From IMG/VR virus record IMGVR_UViG_2541047706_000005, positions 1-46,627 of that record: a stretch of DNA of 46,627 bases. One strand, written 5' to 3'. Shown in pieces: positions 19,508 to 31,344 of this stretch. The first letter of the stretch is position 1. Each line of letters begins with the position of its first letter. A model generated the notes under the pieces. It was not told where the DNA came from. It did no database searches and saw nothing but the letters and a program-made list of their open reading frames with translations. The translations under genes were made by a program, and so were the position numbers. The DNA comes from a virus. Its lineage: Duplodnaviria > Heunggongvirae > Uroviricota > Caudoviricetes.

Positions 19508-19582
19508 GGGTCAGTCGTATAAAGGTCATTACGGAAGGCTGTTAACCTTCTTATCGTGGTTCGAGTCCACGCTGTCCCGCCA
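19508..19582 (+). tRNA. tRNA-like gene, anticodon GTT (Asn) by hand folding; non-canonical acceptor/D-arm
   Basis: T-arm cgtgg-ttcgagt-ccacg, anticodon stem gaagg/ccttc with loop ctGTTaa, 3' gcca; one acceptor mismatch. Confidence 0.5.
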
Positions 19583-19587
19583 AACAT

Positions 19588-19663
19588 GCTGTTTTAGCTC
19601 CAATGGTAGAGCGGTCGCCTTGTAAGCGAATGGGTAGCGGTTCAAGTCCGTTAAACAGCACCA
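19588..19663 (+). tRNA. tRNA-like gene, anticodon TGT (Thr) by hand folding
   Basis: Acceptor gctgttt/aaacagc, D-arm gctc-caatggta-gagc, loop ctTGTaa, T-arm agcgg-ttcaagt-ccgtt, 3' ACCA. Confidence 0.6.
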
Positions 19664-19750
19664 TAACTGAGCCGTAGCCACTGGCTATCCTGAATTCATC
19701 AGTGATAGTTACGCTGCGGCCTTCTACACATGACCTTCGTGAAAGCGGGT

Positions 19751-19786
19751 GGCAAGAGGTTGCGCTAACAACCTCCTGCCGTTTTG
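19751..19786 (+). terminator. Strong rho-independent terminator (tR'-like) before the lysis genes
   Basis: 12-bp stem ggcaagaggttg/caacctcctgcc with 5-nt loop followed by gtttt. Confidence 0.6.
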
Positions 19787-19834
19787 CCCTTATTCCTAAT
19801 TAAATAGAGCAAATCCCCTTATTGGGGCTAAGAC

Positions 19835-20158
19835 ATGAAGATGCCAGAAAAACATGACCTGTTAGCCGCCATTCTCGCGGCAAAGGAACAAGGCATCGGG
19901 GCAATCCTTGCGTTTGCAATGGCGTACCTTCGCGGCAGATATAATGGCGGTGCGTTTACAAAAACAGTAATCGACGCAACGATGTGCGCCATTATCGCCT
20001 GGTTCATTCGTGACCTTCTCGACTTCGCCGGACTAAGTAGCAACCTCGCTTATATAACGAGCGTGTTCATCGGCTACATCGGTACTGACTCGATTGGTTC
20101 GCTTATCAAACGCTTCGCTGCTAAAAAAGCCGGAATAGAAGATGGTGGAAATCAATAA
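19835..20158 (+). CDS. S: Lambda S holin
   Basis: 107-aa [39 protein letters not shown]... recognised as lambda S (dual-start MKM). Confidence 0.97.
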   Translation: MKMPEKHDLLAAILAAKEQGIGAILAFAMAYLRGRYNGGAFTKTVIDATMCAIIAWFIRDLLDFAGLSSNLAYITSVFIGYIGTDSIGSLIKRFAAKKAGIEDGGNQ

Positions 20159-20618
20159 TCAACGTAAGGCGTTCCTCGATATGCTGGCGTGGTCAGAGGG
20201 AACTGATAACGGACGTCAGAAAACCAGAAATCATGGTTATGACGTCATTGTTGGCGGAGAGCTATTCACTGATTACTCCGATCACCCTCGCAAACTTGTC
20301 ACGCTAAACCCCAAACTCAAATCAACAGCCGCCGGACGCTACCAGCTTCTTTCCCGTTGGTGGGATGCATACCGCAAGCAGCTTGGCCTGAAAGACTTCT
20401 CTCCGAAAAGCCAGGACGCAGTGGCACTGCAACAGATTAAAGAGCGTGGCGCTTTACCGATGATTGACCGCGGTGATATTCGTCAGGCAATCGACCGTTG
20501 CAGCAATATCTGGGCTTCACTGCCGGGCGCTGGTTATGGCCAGTTCGAGCATAAGGCTGACAACCTGATTGCAAAATTCAAAGAGGCTGGCGGAACGGTC
20601 AGAGAGATTGAGGTATGA
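20142..20618 (+). CDS. R: Lambda R endolysin (lytic transglycosylase)
   Basis: 158-aa [39 protein letters not shown]... recognised as lambda R. Confidence 0.97.
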   Translation: MVEINNQRKAFLDMLAWSEGTDNGRQKTRNHGYDVIVGGELFTDYSDHPRKLVTLNPKLKSTAAGRYQLLSRWWDAYRKQLGLKDFSPKSQDAVALQQIKERGALPMIDRGDIRQAIDRCSNIWASLPGAGYGQFEHKADNLIAKFKEAGGTVREIEV

Positions 20619-21082
20619 GCAGAGTAACCGCGATTATCTCAGCTCTGGTTATCTGCATCATCGTTTGCCTGTCATGGGCTGTTAATCATTACCGTGATAA
20701 CGCCATCGCCTACAAAGAGCAGCGCGATAACAAGGCCAGTGAACTGGAGAAGGTGAACGCCACCATTACTGACATGCAGCAGCGCCAGCGTGATGCTGAT
20801 GCACTCGATGCTAAATACACGAAGGAGTTAGCCGATGCAAAAGCTGAAAATGATGCTCTGCAGCGCAAGCTTGATAATGGTGGTCGGGTGCTCGTCAAAG
20901 GCAAGTGTCCAGTGTCAGCCGCAACCCAAACCACCGGCGCCGCCAGCATGGGCGATGATGCCACCGTCGAACTCTCTGCAGTTGCTGGACGAAACGTTCT
21001 TGGTATCCGATCCGGAATCGTCAGCGACCAAACAGCCCTGAGAGCGCTGCAGGAATACATCACCACGCAGTGCCTGAAGTAA
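20615..21082 (+). CDS. Rz: Rz i-spanin (lambda-like N-terminus, diverged C-terminus)
   Basis: [31 protein letters not shown]... as lambda Rz; coiled-coil C-terminus. Confidence 0.85.
   Translation: MSRVTAIISALVICIIVCLSWAVNHYRDNAIAYKEQRDNKASELEKVNATITDMQQRQRDADALDAKYTKELADAKAENDALQRKLDNGGRVLVKGKCPVSAATQTTGAASMGDDATVELSAVAGRNVLGIRSGIVSDQTALRALQEYITTQCLK
20835..21041 (+). CDS. Rz1: Rz1 o-spanin lipoprotein embedded in Rz (+1 frame)
   Basis: [19 protein letters not shown] lipobox followed by Pro-rich segment, as lambda Rz1. Confidence 0.7.
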   Translation: MQKLKMMLCSASLIMVVGCSSKASVQCQPQPKPPAPPAWAMMPPSNSLQLLDETFLVSDPESSATKQP

Positions 21083-21139
21083 GGCATTACAGAGCCACTT
21101 CCAGAGGTGGCTCGATAATGTCACAACGAGGTAAGGACT

Positions 21140-21880
21140 ATGGCAAAACCGGACTGGGGAGCACTGCAACACCAGTTCCTCGCCGAGCATGCCAAAACAG
21201 GAATATCCCCGAAAGACTGGTGCGCAGCGCAGGGACTGAATTATTCATCTGCGAAACGCTATATCAAAGTAACGACTTACGGTGCGAATTCGCAAAAAAA
21301 AAGTGCGAACAAATCTGCGAATTCGCAGAAGGAGAAAGGCGGGGTCAGTAAAAACGGGGAGGTGAAAAAAAACCAGCCCGACACAGGCGCCCACTCAAAA
21401 TCTCCAGAAACGAAACCGATACGCGGATCGCGCACCGCACCGCCGACGAACGCTTTCCAGCCTGGCAACCAGAATGCATTAAAGCACGGTGGCTACGGCC
21501 GCCGGATGCTGCTCTCTGACGCCATCACCGAAGATGCCCAGATGCTCACGCTCGACGATGAGCTTTTCTGGCTGCGAGCGGCGAGCCTGACAGCGGCAGA
21601 GAATATCGGGCGCTGGCAGACAGAGCTGGAGACAGCCGCCAGCGAGCAGGCCAAAGATCTGCACGACCTCATCTCTCAGGCGCAGAAAGCCATGCATCGC
21701 AACACTGCGCGCATTGAGTCGCTGGAGTACACCAAGGCGGCGATTATCAAGCAGCGCGTTGATGCCGCTTACCGCGAAGCCGCGACCGAAAAGGTTGAGC
21801 TCGAAATTGATGTACTGAAAGACGGCGACAAGGATAACGCGATCGTCGTGCATAACTCGCTGCCAATACCGGGAAGATAA
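21140..21880 (+). CDS. Terminase small subunit (putative)
   Basis: HTH-like N-terminus, basic low-complexity linker, position immediately upstream of large terminase. Confidence 0.55.
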   Translation: MAKPDWGALQHQFLAEHAKTGISPKDWCAAQGLNYSSAKRYIKVTTYGANSQKKSANKSANSQKEKGGVSKNGEVKKNQPDTGAHSKSPETKPIRGSRTAPPTNAFQPGNQNALKHGGYGRRMLLSDAITEDAQMLTLDDELFWLRAASLTAAENIGRWQTELETAASEQAKDLHDLISQAQKAMHRNTARIESLEYTKAAIIKQRVDAAYREAATEKVELEIDVLKDGDKDNAIVVHNSLPIPGR

Positions 21881-21883
21881 ATC

Positions 21884-23215
21884 ATGGCCGACATTTACCT
21901 ACCCACGCTACACAACGGGCAGTTAACGGTCTGGTCTGATTCCTGGGATCACCAGTTGAATGCGGTTCGCTGTGGTCGACGCTGGGGGAAAACCTTCATG
22001 CTGTCGAGCGCCGCGGTGACCTACGCAACGTCGCAGTTTCGGCGCCCGGGCATGGACATCGAGCTAGGCGGCCGGGTCGGTATCTTCACTGCCGAGTATC
22101 GCCAGTACCAGGAGATCTACGACAAGCTGGAAGAAATCCTGTTGCCGCTGAAAAAGAGTTTCAGCCGGCAGGAAAAGCGCCTGCTGCTGAAGAACGGCGG
22201 GAAGATTGACTTCTGGGTCACCAACGACAACAAACTGGCCGGTCGTGGTCGTGAGTACGAAATTATCCTGATCGATGAGGCGGCTTTTACCAAGTCGCCT
22301 GAAATGCTGAAGGAAATCTGGCCGAAGTCGATTAAGCCTACGCTACTGACGACAAAAGGCCGGGCTTACGTATTCTCAACGCCTGACGGTGTGGACGAAG
22401 AAAACTTCTTCTATGCCATCTGCCATAACAAAGACCTCGGCTTCCATGAGCATCACGCGCCGACGTCATCAAACCCCTTCGTTCCTCCCGAGGAGCTGGA
22501 GAAAGAGCGACAGAACAACGATCCTCGCGTTTTCCGGCAGGAGTTCCTGGCCGAGTTCGTCGACTGGTCCGCTGCGTCGCTGTTCGACGTCCGCAAATGG
22601 TTCGAGGGTGAAAACCAGGATCAGCCTGTCGATTACCCTGAGATGTGCCAGGCCGTTTTCGCTGTCATGGATACCGCCGTTAAGGGCGGTACTGATCACG
22701 ACGGCACGGCGGTGGTTTACTACGCCGTAGACACCCGGCCCGGAATTCAGCGCCTGACCATTCTTGACTGGGATGTGGTGCAGATCGACGGCGCGCTGCT
22801 GGAAGAGTGGATTCCGTCCGTTTTCACCCGGCTGAATGAGCTATCCGGCCAGTGCGTCGCTGTAAATGGCAGCCTCGGCGTTTTCATTGAAGACGCCAGT
22901 ATGGGCAGCATCCTTCTGCAGAAAGGCGAGAGCCTGGGATGGCCGGTCAACAAAATTGAATCCGCCCTGACCAGCAAAGGGAAGGACGAGCGCGCCATTA
23001 TGGCCTCTGGGTATCACTACCGCGGGCTGGCGAAAATATCCCGATACGCCTACGAGAAGACGGCAGTCTTCAAGGGCGAAACAGCAAACCATCTGCATAA
23101 GCAGGTATCACGATTCCACCTTGCCGATAAGAACGCGCACAAGCGCGCCGACGATTTGCTGGATGATTACACCTACGGGCTGATCATCGCGTTCGGTAGC
23201 GGCGACGCACTCTAG
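21884..23215 (+). CDS. Terminase large subunit
   Basis: Walker A-like CGRRWGKT, Walker B ILIDEAA, C-terminal nuclease-like acidic residues. Confidence 0.8.
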   Translation: MADIYLPTLHNGQLTVWSDSWDHQLNAVRCGRRWGKTFMLSSAAVTYATSQFRRPGMDIELGGRVGIFTAEYRQYQEIYDKLEEILLPLKKSFSRQEKRLLLKNGGKIDFWVTNDNKLAGRGREYEIILIDEAAFTKSPEMLKEIWPKSIKPTLLTTKGRAYVFSTPDGVDEENFFYAICHNKDLGFHEHHAPTSSNPFVPPEELEKERQNNDPRVFRQEFLAEFVDWSAASLFDVRKWFEGENQDQPVDYPEMCQAVFAVMDTAVKGGTDHDGTAVVYYAVDTRPGIQRLTILDWDVVQIDGALLEEWIPSVFTRLNELSGQCVAVNGSLGVFIEDASMGSILLQKGESLGWPVNKIESALTSKGKDERAIMASGYHYRGLAKISRYAYEKTAVFKGETANHLHKQVSRFHLADKNAHKRADDLLDDYTYGLIIAFGSGDAL

Positions 23216-23226
23216 CGAGAAAACCA

Positions 23227-24642
23227 ATGAACGAAGATGATATCGCAATCGGCAGTTGCTCGCCGGAGCTGATCACGCTCCTGGACAGCGATGACATTCA
23301 GCCGGGTATGTCGGCTGGCTATCAGACCTGCAAAACGATTTACCTCTTCCACCCGTTGGGCGGGAAAATGGTAGATCGCCCGATCAAGATGGCGATGAAC
23401 GAGTCGCGCACGGTTCACATTTCGCAGGCGTATGGCATTGAGCAGCGTCTCCGCGATGCATTTGAGCGGGAGTGGAAAGCACTGGGCGCCGATAAGCACA
23501 TCGCTAATGCGGCGCGCATCTCTCGCATTTACGGTGTTTCGGCGATCGCAATGCTGGTTGATAACCAGGAACCGTCCTCTGCGGTGGACTACCGCACGCT
23601 GTATAAGCATAACGTGACATTCAACATTCTCGACCCGCTGAACACTGCCGGAAGCATCGTCCTGAACCAGGATCCGAACGCGCAGGACTTCCAGAAGGTC
23701 GACGGGATCAGAGTGGCGGGCAAGCCGTATCACAAATCCCGCTGCGTCGTGCAACAGAACGAGGACCCGATTTATCTGGCCTATAACTCTGCGGCCTTTG
23801 GCTTTACCGGACGCAGCGTTTACCAGCGCGCTCTGTTCCCGCTGAAATCCTTCATCCAGACCATGCGCACCGATGACATGGTTTCCGTGAAGGGTGGCTT
23901 GCTGGTAACGAAGATTCAGGGACCGAGCTCAGTCGTCAACAACATGATGCAAAAGCTCAGCGGCATCAAACGAATGATGCTGAAGCGAGGGAAGACAGGC
24001 GAAGTCCTGCAGATCGGCGCAAATGACAGCATCGAATCCATCGACCTGAGCAACCTGGAAAAGCCGCTCGACTCCTCCCGGAATCACATTCTGGAGAATA
24101 TCGCTGCGGCAGCTGACATGCCGGCTATCATTCTGAACTCGGAAACATTCGCCCAGGGCTTCGGCGAGGGGACGGAAGACGCTCGATCTGTTGCAGTCTA
24201 CATCGACAACATCCGCGAGTGGCTTGAGCCGCTGTATGACTATTTCATCCGTATTTGCCAGTATCGCGCCTGGAGCATTGAGTTTTTCAATTCTCTGCGT
24301 GCTGACTTCCCGGAGCTTAAAAACACGTACAGCCTGTATTTCTCCTCATGGATTAACAACTTCGAATATCGCTGGCCGTCATCCCTGAAAGAGCCGGAAA
24401 GCGAAAAAGTGAAGGTCGACGAAATCCGCTTTAAGGCCATCGTCAGCATGCTGGAAGTCCTTCTCCCGCAGGTCAACACGGATGATGAGAACCGCGCGCT
24501 TCTTATCGAGTGGGCGCAGACCAACGCGAACGCTAACGAAAGCCTGTTCCCGCAGCGACTTGATCTCGATATCGACTCGTTAAAGGCTAACCGGCCTGAA
24601 CAGCCACGGGATGAAGAGCCCGGCGGCGGGATGATGCTATGA
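23227..24642 (+). CDS. Portal protein (putative)
   Basis: 471 aa, gene order after terminase; no motif-level confirmation. Confidence 0.6.
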   Translation: MNEDDIAIGSCSPELITLLDSDDIQPGMSAGYQTCKTIYLFHPLGGKMVDRPIKMAMNESRTVHISQAYGIEQRLRDAFEREWKALGADKHIANAARISRIYGVSAIAMLVDNQEPSSAVDYRTLYKHNVTFNILDPLNTAGSIVLNQDPNAQDFQKVDGIRVAGKPYHKSRCVVQQNEDPIYLAYNSAAFGFTGRSVYQRALFPLKSFIQTMRTDDMVSVKGGLLVTKIQGPSSVVNNMMQKLSGIKRMMLKRGKTGEVLQIGANDSIESIDLSNLEKPLDSSRNHILENIAAAADMPAIILNSETFAQGFGEGTEDARSVAVYIDNIREWLEPLYDYFIRICQYRAWSIEFFNSLRADFPELKNTYSLYFSSWINNFEYRWPSSLKEPESEKVKVDEIRFKAIVSMLEVLLPQVNTDDENRALLIEWAQTNANANESLFPQRLDLDIDSLKANRPEQPRDEEPGGGMML

Positions 24643-25460
24643 AGACTTTCACGCGCACCGTACGCGAGGCGGTGAAGTTCTTTCTGCGCAATGGCTACAC
24701 CTCGAGGCAGGAGCTGGAGCAATGGCAGGCCATTATCCGGCAGGCGGCCGAAAGCGAAACCGATGACGACTACATGAGCATGGTGTCGGATCGGTTGCGT
24801 AAGACCTATGACCTGCAGGTGAGCAAGGCTGGAGCGCTGGAGCGCCACAAGGGGCTTTCACGCTTCACGCTGAACTACATGGAGCCGAAGTTACGCAGCG
24901 AGCTGGATCGCCGCATCCTGGCCAGCGCTGACCTGATAAAGCTGAATCGCAAGAAAGCCATCGACACTACTCTGTCGCGGTTTAGCGGATGGGCCAGCAG
25001 CATTCCCTCAGCAGACAGCATTGCGCTGACCGGCATTCAGGGAACGATGCGGGAGACGGCGGCGCACATTCAGAAGGCCGCCGAGAAGGTGGACTATGAA
25101 GCGCGCCGCGTGATGATTGACCAGAGCCATAAGCTGATCGCCAATATCGACAACATCATCGCGACGGGCAACAACGCGATTGCTGCCGAGTGGCATAGCC
25201 ACTGGCGCCAGCCAGGGTACGACTACCGGGAAGATCACAAGGAGAGGGACAAGCTGATCTATCTCATCCGCGGGAACTGGGCGCAGAAAAATGGCTATGT
25301 CAAAGCTGGCCATGCCGGCTATCTCGACGAAATTACGCAGCCTGGCGAAGAGGTTTTCTGTCGGTGCTACGTCACCTATCTGTACAACCTCCGCAGCATT
25401 CCCGAGGACATGCTGACCCAGAAGGGCCGCAAGTTCCTGGAGTCCATGAAAGCAGCATAG
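24639..25460 (+). CDS. Head morphogenesis protein (Mu F-like, putative)
   Basis: 273 aa following portal; assignment by position and general resemblance. Confidence 0.5.
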   Translation: MKTFTRTVREAVKFFLRNGYTSRQELEQWQAIIRQAAESETDDDYMSMVSDRLRKTYDLQVSKAGALERHKGLSRFTLNYMEPKLRSELDRRILASADLIKLNRKKAIDTTLSRFSGWASSIPSADSIALTGIQGTMRETAAHIQKAAEKVDYEARRVMIDQSHKLIANIDNIIATGNNAIAAEWHSHWRQPGYDYREDHKERDKLIYLIRGNWAQKNGYVKAGHAGYLDEITQPGEEVFCRCYVTYLYNLRSIPEDMLTQKGRKFLESMKAA

Positions 25461-25469
25461 GAGCATTAA

Positions 25470-27086
<1,617 letters not shown>

Positions 27087-27101
27087 CGGGAGCTCTGAAG
27101 C

Positions 27102-27962
27102 ATGGCTAATTTATCTCTTAACCCGATGGCGACCACGAATGCCGCTGGTTCCTTCGGTGTGCAGTCTGATGGCTTCATTCAGGGCGTTGCTCTGGATGAT
27201 CCGGCAAATCGCTTTAACCTGGCGTCCGGCACTGTCGCCGCCACCGAAACCAAACCGCTGTGGGGTGGCCTGCCGGTTGCCGAGTTGCTTCCCGGCGTTA
27301 ACTCCAGTCCTCGCGGGTCGACTATTCGTCGCGCTGCGTCACTGGCTGAGCTCGAAGGCTTCACCGTCTTCAACCAGGCTCACAACGGGCTTACTACTCC
27401 GCAATCACCGGTTCCGCTGTATGCGTCCGGCATGAGCGTTTCATTCTATCGCCTTGGCTCCAACATGCGCGTGCCGCTGAAAGCGTCAGCGCAGGTGGTC
27501 GCGCTGGGAACCGCTGGCGCATCGGTGAAAACGCCGCTGGCGTGGGACTTCGTCAATAACCAGGTGACCACCGCAGCGGCGGCGGCTTTTGCCGGTGCTA
27601 ACATTGCCACCACTGCCGTGACTTACTCGAACGGCGTGGCTACCGCCACCACCGCATCCGCACATGGGCTGACTGCTGGCCAGTACGTGAAGATCAGCGG
27701 CGTAGATCCGGCTGCCTATAACGGCACCGTCGTTGTGCTGAGCGTACCGAGTACGACAACCTTCACCTATGCGCCTGCCAGCGCGCCGGGCGGCTCCGCG
27801 ACCACGCAGGGCACTATCGGCGCTGTGGCTCAGGCAGACATCACCCTGCCGGTGAAAGTCATCTCCATCGAGAGTGGGAACTCTAAAACTGTCAGCTATG
27901 ACAGCGCTACGGGCTTCCTTACCTGGAACAACACCGACAGCTGCGCGCTGGTCTTACTTTAA
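27102..27962 (+). CDS. Head structural protein with Ig-like module (decoration or capsid-associated)
   Basis: Between scaffold and capsid genes; contains AHGLTAGQYVKISGVDPAAYNG...FTY module. Confidence 0.5.
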   Translation: MANLSLNPMATTNAAGSFGVQSDGFIQGVALDDPANRFNLASGTVAATETKPLWGGLPVAELLPGVNSSPRGSTIRRAASLAELEGFTVFNQAHNGLTTPQSPVPLYASGMSVSFYRLGSNMRVPLKASAQVVALGTAGASVKTPLAWDFVNNQVTTAAAAAFAGANIATTAVTYSNGVATATTASAHGLTAGQYVKISGVDPAAYNGTVVVLSVPSTTTFTYAPASAPGGSATTQGTIGAVAQADITLPVKVISIESGNSKTVSYDSATGFLTWNNTDSCALVLL

Positions 27963-27975
27963 TCGGGAGCTTTAA

Positions 27976-29007
27976 ATGGCTGCAATTACCCCCAGCTACA
28001 CCATCGTCAACCCGTCGTATATTGCGCCGGAGTTGATCATTGGTTACCAGCAGGCGTCCGGTGCGTTCGAAACCATCGCCAGCGGTAACCCGCAGGTCCG
28101 CCTTGGCGTAGGCGACCAGTACGTTTATATGCGCCGCCTGGATATTCGTACCCAGGTAACCTCCAGCCAGTCCGGCAACGCCAACCAGCTGCCGAGCGTG
28201 GCGCTCGAGGCGCGCATGATCTCCACTCCAACCTACCTGTTCCGCTGCCGTGGTATCTACGATCACCACGACACCGCGGCGGCCGGTAACTGGAACGTGG
28301 CACTGCCAGAAGCTCAGCGTCTCGGCATGCGTCAGGGCATCTTCCAGCAGTTGCGTTCTGCGCTGCTGTACGGCATGAACCCGGCAGGCGGCGAAGGTCT
28401 GCTGAACACCGCAGGCGCGACCACCGAAACCCTGCCGCCGGACAGCAACAGCAACACCACTGTGCTGACCTACGACCATGGACAGATGGCTGTCTATCTG
28501 CTGGGCCATGTACAGGCCGCGCTGACCCGCACCATGCAACTGGGTCGCCAGCAGCGTGTTGTTATCCTCGGGCCGCAGCGAGTGCTGGGCGCGATGGAGA
28601 TTCAGCAGATCGTTCAGCTGACATCTTATCAGCGTCCTGGCGGCGGTACTGATACCGTCGGCGGCACCGTGAAAGAGGTTCTCCGTGGCGCGAATGTTCA
28701 GGTTGACTGGGTGTACGACGACACGCTGATCGGCGCCGGTGCCGGCGGTACTGACGCGGTAGTTATCACCATCCCGGAAGTGGAAGTGCCGATGGTTAAC
28801 TCCACCGTGAACACCAACGAATTCGCCAAACTGAGCCCGTCTCTGGCGGCTAATGCCCTGATGTTCACCGACATGGCGGCACCGATGGAAATCCCGACGC
28901 CAATCCCCGGGGGCGCTATCGACGTGCTGTCAGAAATGCGCTCTACGGCTGGCTGGGCAGTCCGTCCGGAAGCTATCACCATCCTGTCGATGGCATACAG
29001 CTCCTAA
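27976..29007 (+). CDS. Major capsid protein (putative)
   Basis: 343 aa, followed by a strong terminator, position after scaffold. Confidence 0.6.
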   Translation: MAAITPSYTIVNPSYIAPELIIGYQQASGAFETIASGNPQVRLGVGDQYVYMRRLDIRTQVTSSQSGNANQLPSVALEARMISTPTYLFRCRGIYDHHDTAAAGNWNVALPEAQRLGMRQGIFQQLRSALLYGMNPAGGEGLLNTAGATTETLPPDSNSNTTVLTYDHGQMAVYLLGHVQAALTRTMQLGRQQRVVILGPQRVLGAMEIQQIVQLTSYQRPGGGTDTVGGTVKEVLRGANVQVDWVYDDTLIGAGAGGTDAVVITIPEVEVPMVNSTVNTNEFAKLSPSLAANALMFTDMAAPMEIPTPIPGGAIDVLSEMRSTAGWAVRPEAITILSMAYSS

Positions 29008-29030
29008 AACGCGAAATTGAGAAGTGCTTG

Positions 29031-29064
29031 AGCCTCTGCATGGTTCGCTGTGCAGGGGCTTTTT
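29031..29064 (+). terminator. Rho-independent terminator after the capsid gene
   Basis: gcctctgca...tgcaggggc followed by T6. Confidence 0.6.
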
Positions 29065-29079
29065 TACGAAGGGTAAACA

Positions 29080-29562
29080 ATGAAACTGTACATCGCCAAC
29101 ACTACCAAGCAGCGCCACATCTTCACTTTCCGCCAGCTGGAAACCGGGCGCCTTCGCCAGATCCCCATTGAGCACGGCTCACAGATGCAGGTTCTGGATG
29201 GCTCGACCGAAGAAGTCGAAGCGGTTATTCAGCATCATCAGGTTTACGGTCTGGTTGACTCAACCAAAATCGACCAGAGCCAGGCATTTGTCGGCCTGTG
29301 CTACAGCATCAACAAACCCGTTTCCGCCAGCGTTATTGAGAAAACCATTCGCGATAACGATGGTCATCTGACCCGCGGGGCTCATAACCGCCGGCAGGCA
29401 TCCGTCGCCGCGCTGGATAACACACTGCGCGAAAGCGGTATCGGCTACGAAGGTGACATGGAATTCAGCGCAGAGCAGGCCAAGGGGCGCGATGACCATT
29501 CAGACGACCCGACCATCAACGAAAAAATTGTCACGCCGAAAGCCGGGAGCAAGAAGAAATGA
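29080..29562 (+). CDS. Hypothetical head/neck protein
   Basis: ORF track; position. Confidence 0.45.
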   Translation: MKLYIANTTKQRHIFTFRQLETGRLRQIPIEHGSQMQVLDGSTEEVEAVIQHHQVYGLVDSTKIDQSQAFVGLCYSINKPVSASVIEKTIRDNDGHLTRGAHNRRQASVAALDNTLRESGIGYEGDMEFSAEQAKGRDDHSDDPTINEKIVTPKAGSKKK

Positions 29563-29987
29563 CCACCAGTCTGTCGGGATTCATCGAATTCGTTCGATCT
29601 GATATGGGCATCACCCCCGACCAGGTTCCCGACGACTCGCCGTCTTTTTCTCTCGCCTATGGCGGCGCCATTGAATGGGTTAACCCGGACATCGCGTGCG
29701 TTATGCCTAACATGTACAGCATCGCGGTTTATAACCTTGGGGCATCGTTTCTCATCAATTACGGGACAGAGGCTGTGTTTGCTGAGTTCCGTAAACAATA
29801 TGGGCTGAATGACTTCAAGGCCGGGGTTATCACGGGAGCCGGGGATAACTCTACCAGCGCACAGCGCCTGGTCCCTGATTTCTTCAAAGACCTGTCGCTG
29901 GCAGATCTGCAGATGCTCCAGGACCCGTGGGGCCGTCGCTACCTGATGTTCGCTCAGCAGTTCGGGAGCCTGTGGGGTCTGACATGA
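29559..29987 (+). CDS. Hypothetical head-tail joining protein
   Basis: ORF track; stop/start coupling. Confidence 0.45.
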   Translation: MTTSLSGFIEFVRSDMGITPDQVPDDSPSFSLAYGGAIEWVNPDIACVMPNMYSIAVYNLGASFLINYGTEAVFAEFRKQYGLNDFKAGVITGAGDNSTSAQRLVPDFFKDLSLADLQMLQDPWGRRYLMFAQQFGSLWGLT

Positions 29988-30418
29988 TCACCTTTCATCT
30001 GGGCGTTATCGATATCCCCTACGAGGACGAGGACACCACGACGGGGAGCGTAGCGGAAGAGCTGGAAGCGAGGTATCAGATTATGCAGACGTTCTTTGAC
30101 CGCTACGGGAACGACATCGCTGAGCTGATGAGCAAATACCTGGCCGCAGCGCTTGAAAACATGTTCGCCGGCGCGACGCCGGCAAAAGACCCGCTCGCTG
30201 AGTCAATGTCCAAAGTTCACGATCTCTTTGTCGGCTTCCTCGATAACACCGAGATGAACGGCCTCCCTGGCGTACCAACGCGCCGCGCGCTTGAGGGAAT
30301 ATCGAAGCGCTTTAAAGGCAAAAAGGGGCCGCCACGCCCTTCGTTCATTGACACAGGAACCTATCAGGCAGCTATGCGAGCCTGGGTAAGCGGGGTGCTG
30401 AATGCCTTCCCTGAGTGA
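29984..30418 (+). CDS. Hypothetical head-tail joining protein
   Basis: Start taken at ATGA overlap with upstream stop. Confidence 0.45.
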   Translation: MITFHLGVIDIPYEDEDTTTGSVAEELEARYQIMQTFFDRYGNDIAELMSKYLAAALENMFAGATPAKDPLAESMSKVHDLFVGFLDNTEMNGLPGVPTRRALEGISKRFKGKKGPPRPSFIDTGTYQAAMRAWVSGVLNAFPE

Positions 30419-31340
30419 GTTACAGAACGCCAAAACCGAGCTTAACGCTACCCTGACACAGGGGCTGGATGATCTGAGCCGGTTCCAGGTGGTGACGTTC
30501 ACGAAGTACATCAGAAAGGTACTTCCGCTCGATGGATTCGTGTTCTGGGTGAAAGCCTCGGTCCTGTCTGACGATCCGAACAATGAGCCGGATACGGTGG
30601 ATGTGAAGGGCTATCTGCACCTGACGACAGAAACCATTCAGGACGACGAGCAGCTGTACGATCGCAACGTGGTGACGTTCACCGCGCAGGCGGACATCGA
30701 CCCGTTTAACGACATCGGGTCAGAGGTGCTGTACATCGGCGAGTTTTTTGGCGTGCAGTTCTCGTTCTCCCGGCGTACCGGGCTGAATGAGCCGGCGAAC
30801 CTGTACCACTACACCGGAGAGGCTATTTTCCCGCACATGCGGTCGCAGATCATCAACTCTGCGGATGACATAGACCTCTCCGACGTGGTGGTGTCGAGTT
30901 CTTTGCCGATCTGGCTGGCCCTGAATCAGTACATGCCGATGTTCCCGGCGATGCTCTCAACGCAGAACCTTTCGCCGCCTTATGCAACTGTGAAATGCAG
31001 TAATACGTCACCGATCGCCGGCGCTTTCTATCTGGACGAGAAGCAAAACCAGTATCAGCTGGTATCGGAAGATGTGACGCTTTCGGTCACCGGCCTGCGT
31101 AACGCCAGCATTGAAGACTTTGTGCGGTATGTGCAGGACTACACGACCGGAGATGCCCCGGAGATGGGGATCATGAATATTCCCGTCGTGCAGGATGAGC
31201 GAGTCACTCAGAACGAGCTCAACATCATCGCCATGCGTAAGACCATCAAATTCAAAATCAATTATTACCAGCAACGGATGCGTAACTTAGCGCGCCAGCT
31301 GATCACGTCTGCAATTCCGTCCATTGACCCGGAGAAATAA
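30402..31340 (+). CDS. Hypothetical structural protein
   Basis: ORF track. Confidence 0.45.
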   Translation: MPSLSELQNAKTELNATLTQGLDDLSRFQVVTFTKYIRKVLPLDGFVFWVKASVLSDDPNNEPDTVDVKGYLHLTTETIQDDEQLYDRNVVTFTAQADIDPFNDIGSEVLYIGEFFGVQFSFSRRTGLNEPANLYHYTGEAIFPHMRSQIINSADDIDLSDVVVSSSLPIWLALNQYMPMFPAMLSTQNLSPPYATVKCSNTSPIAGAFYLDEKQNQYQLVSEDVTLSVTGLRNASIEDFVRYVQDYTTGDAPEMGIMNIPVVQDERVTQNELNIIAMRKTIKFKINYYQQRMRNLARQLITSAIPSIDPEK

Positions 31341-31344
31341 GTAA

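Noticed and set aside
21070-21351. 93-aa ORF overlapping the start of the small-terminase gene
   Set aside because: Alternative frame; the 21140 start has a better RBS and yields a longer product with an HTH
23212-25466. Long minus-strand ORFs (180, 202 and 152 aa) across the portal and Mu-F-like genes
   Set aside because: High-GC region where antisense frames stay open by chance; products Arg/Leu-rich low complexity
27919-28539. Minus-strand 206-aa ORF inside the capsid gene
   Set aside because: Antisense in GC-rich structural gene; no start context
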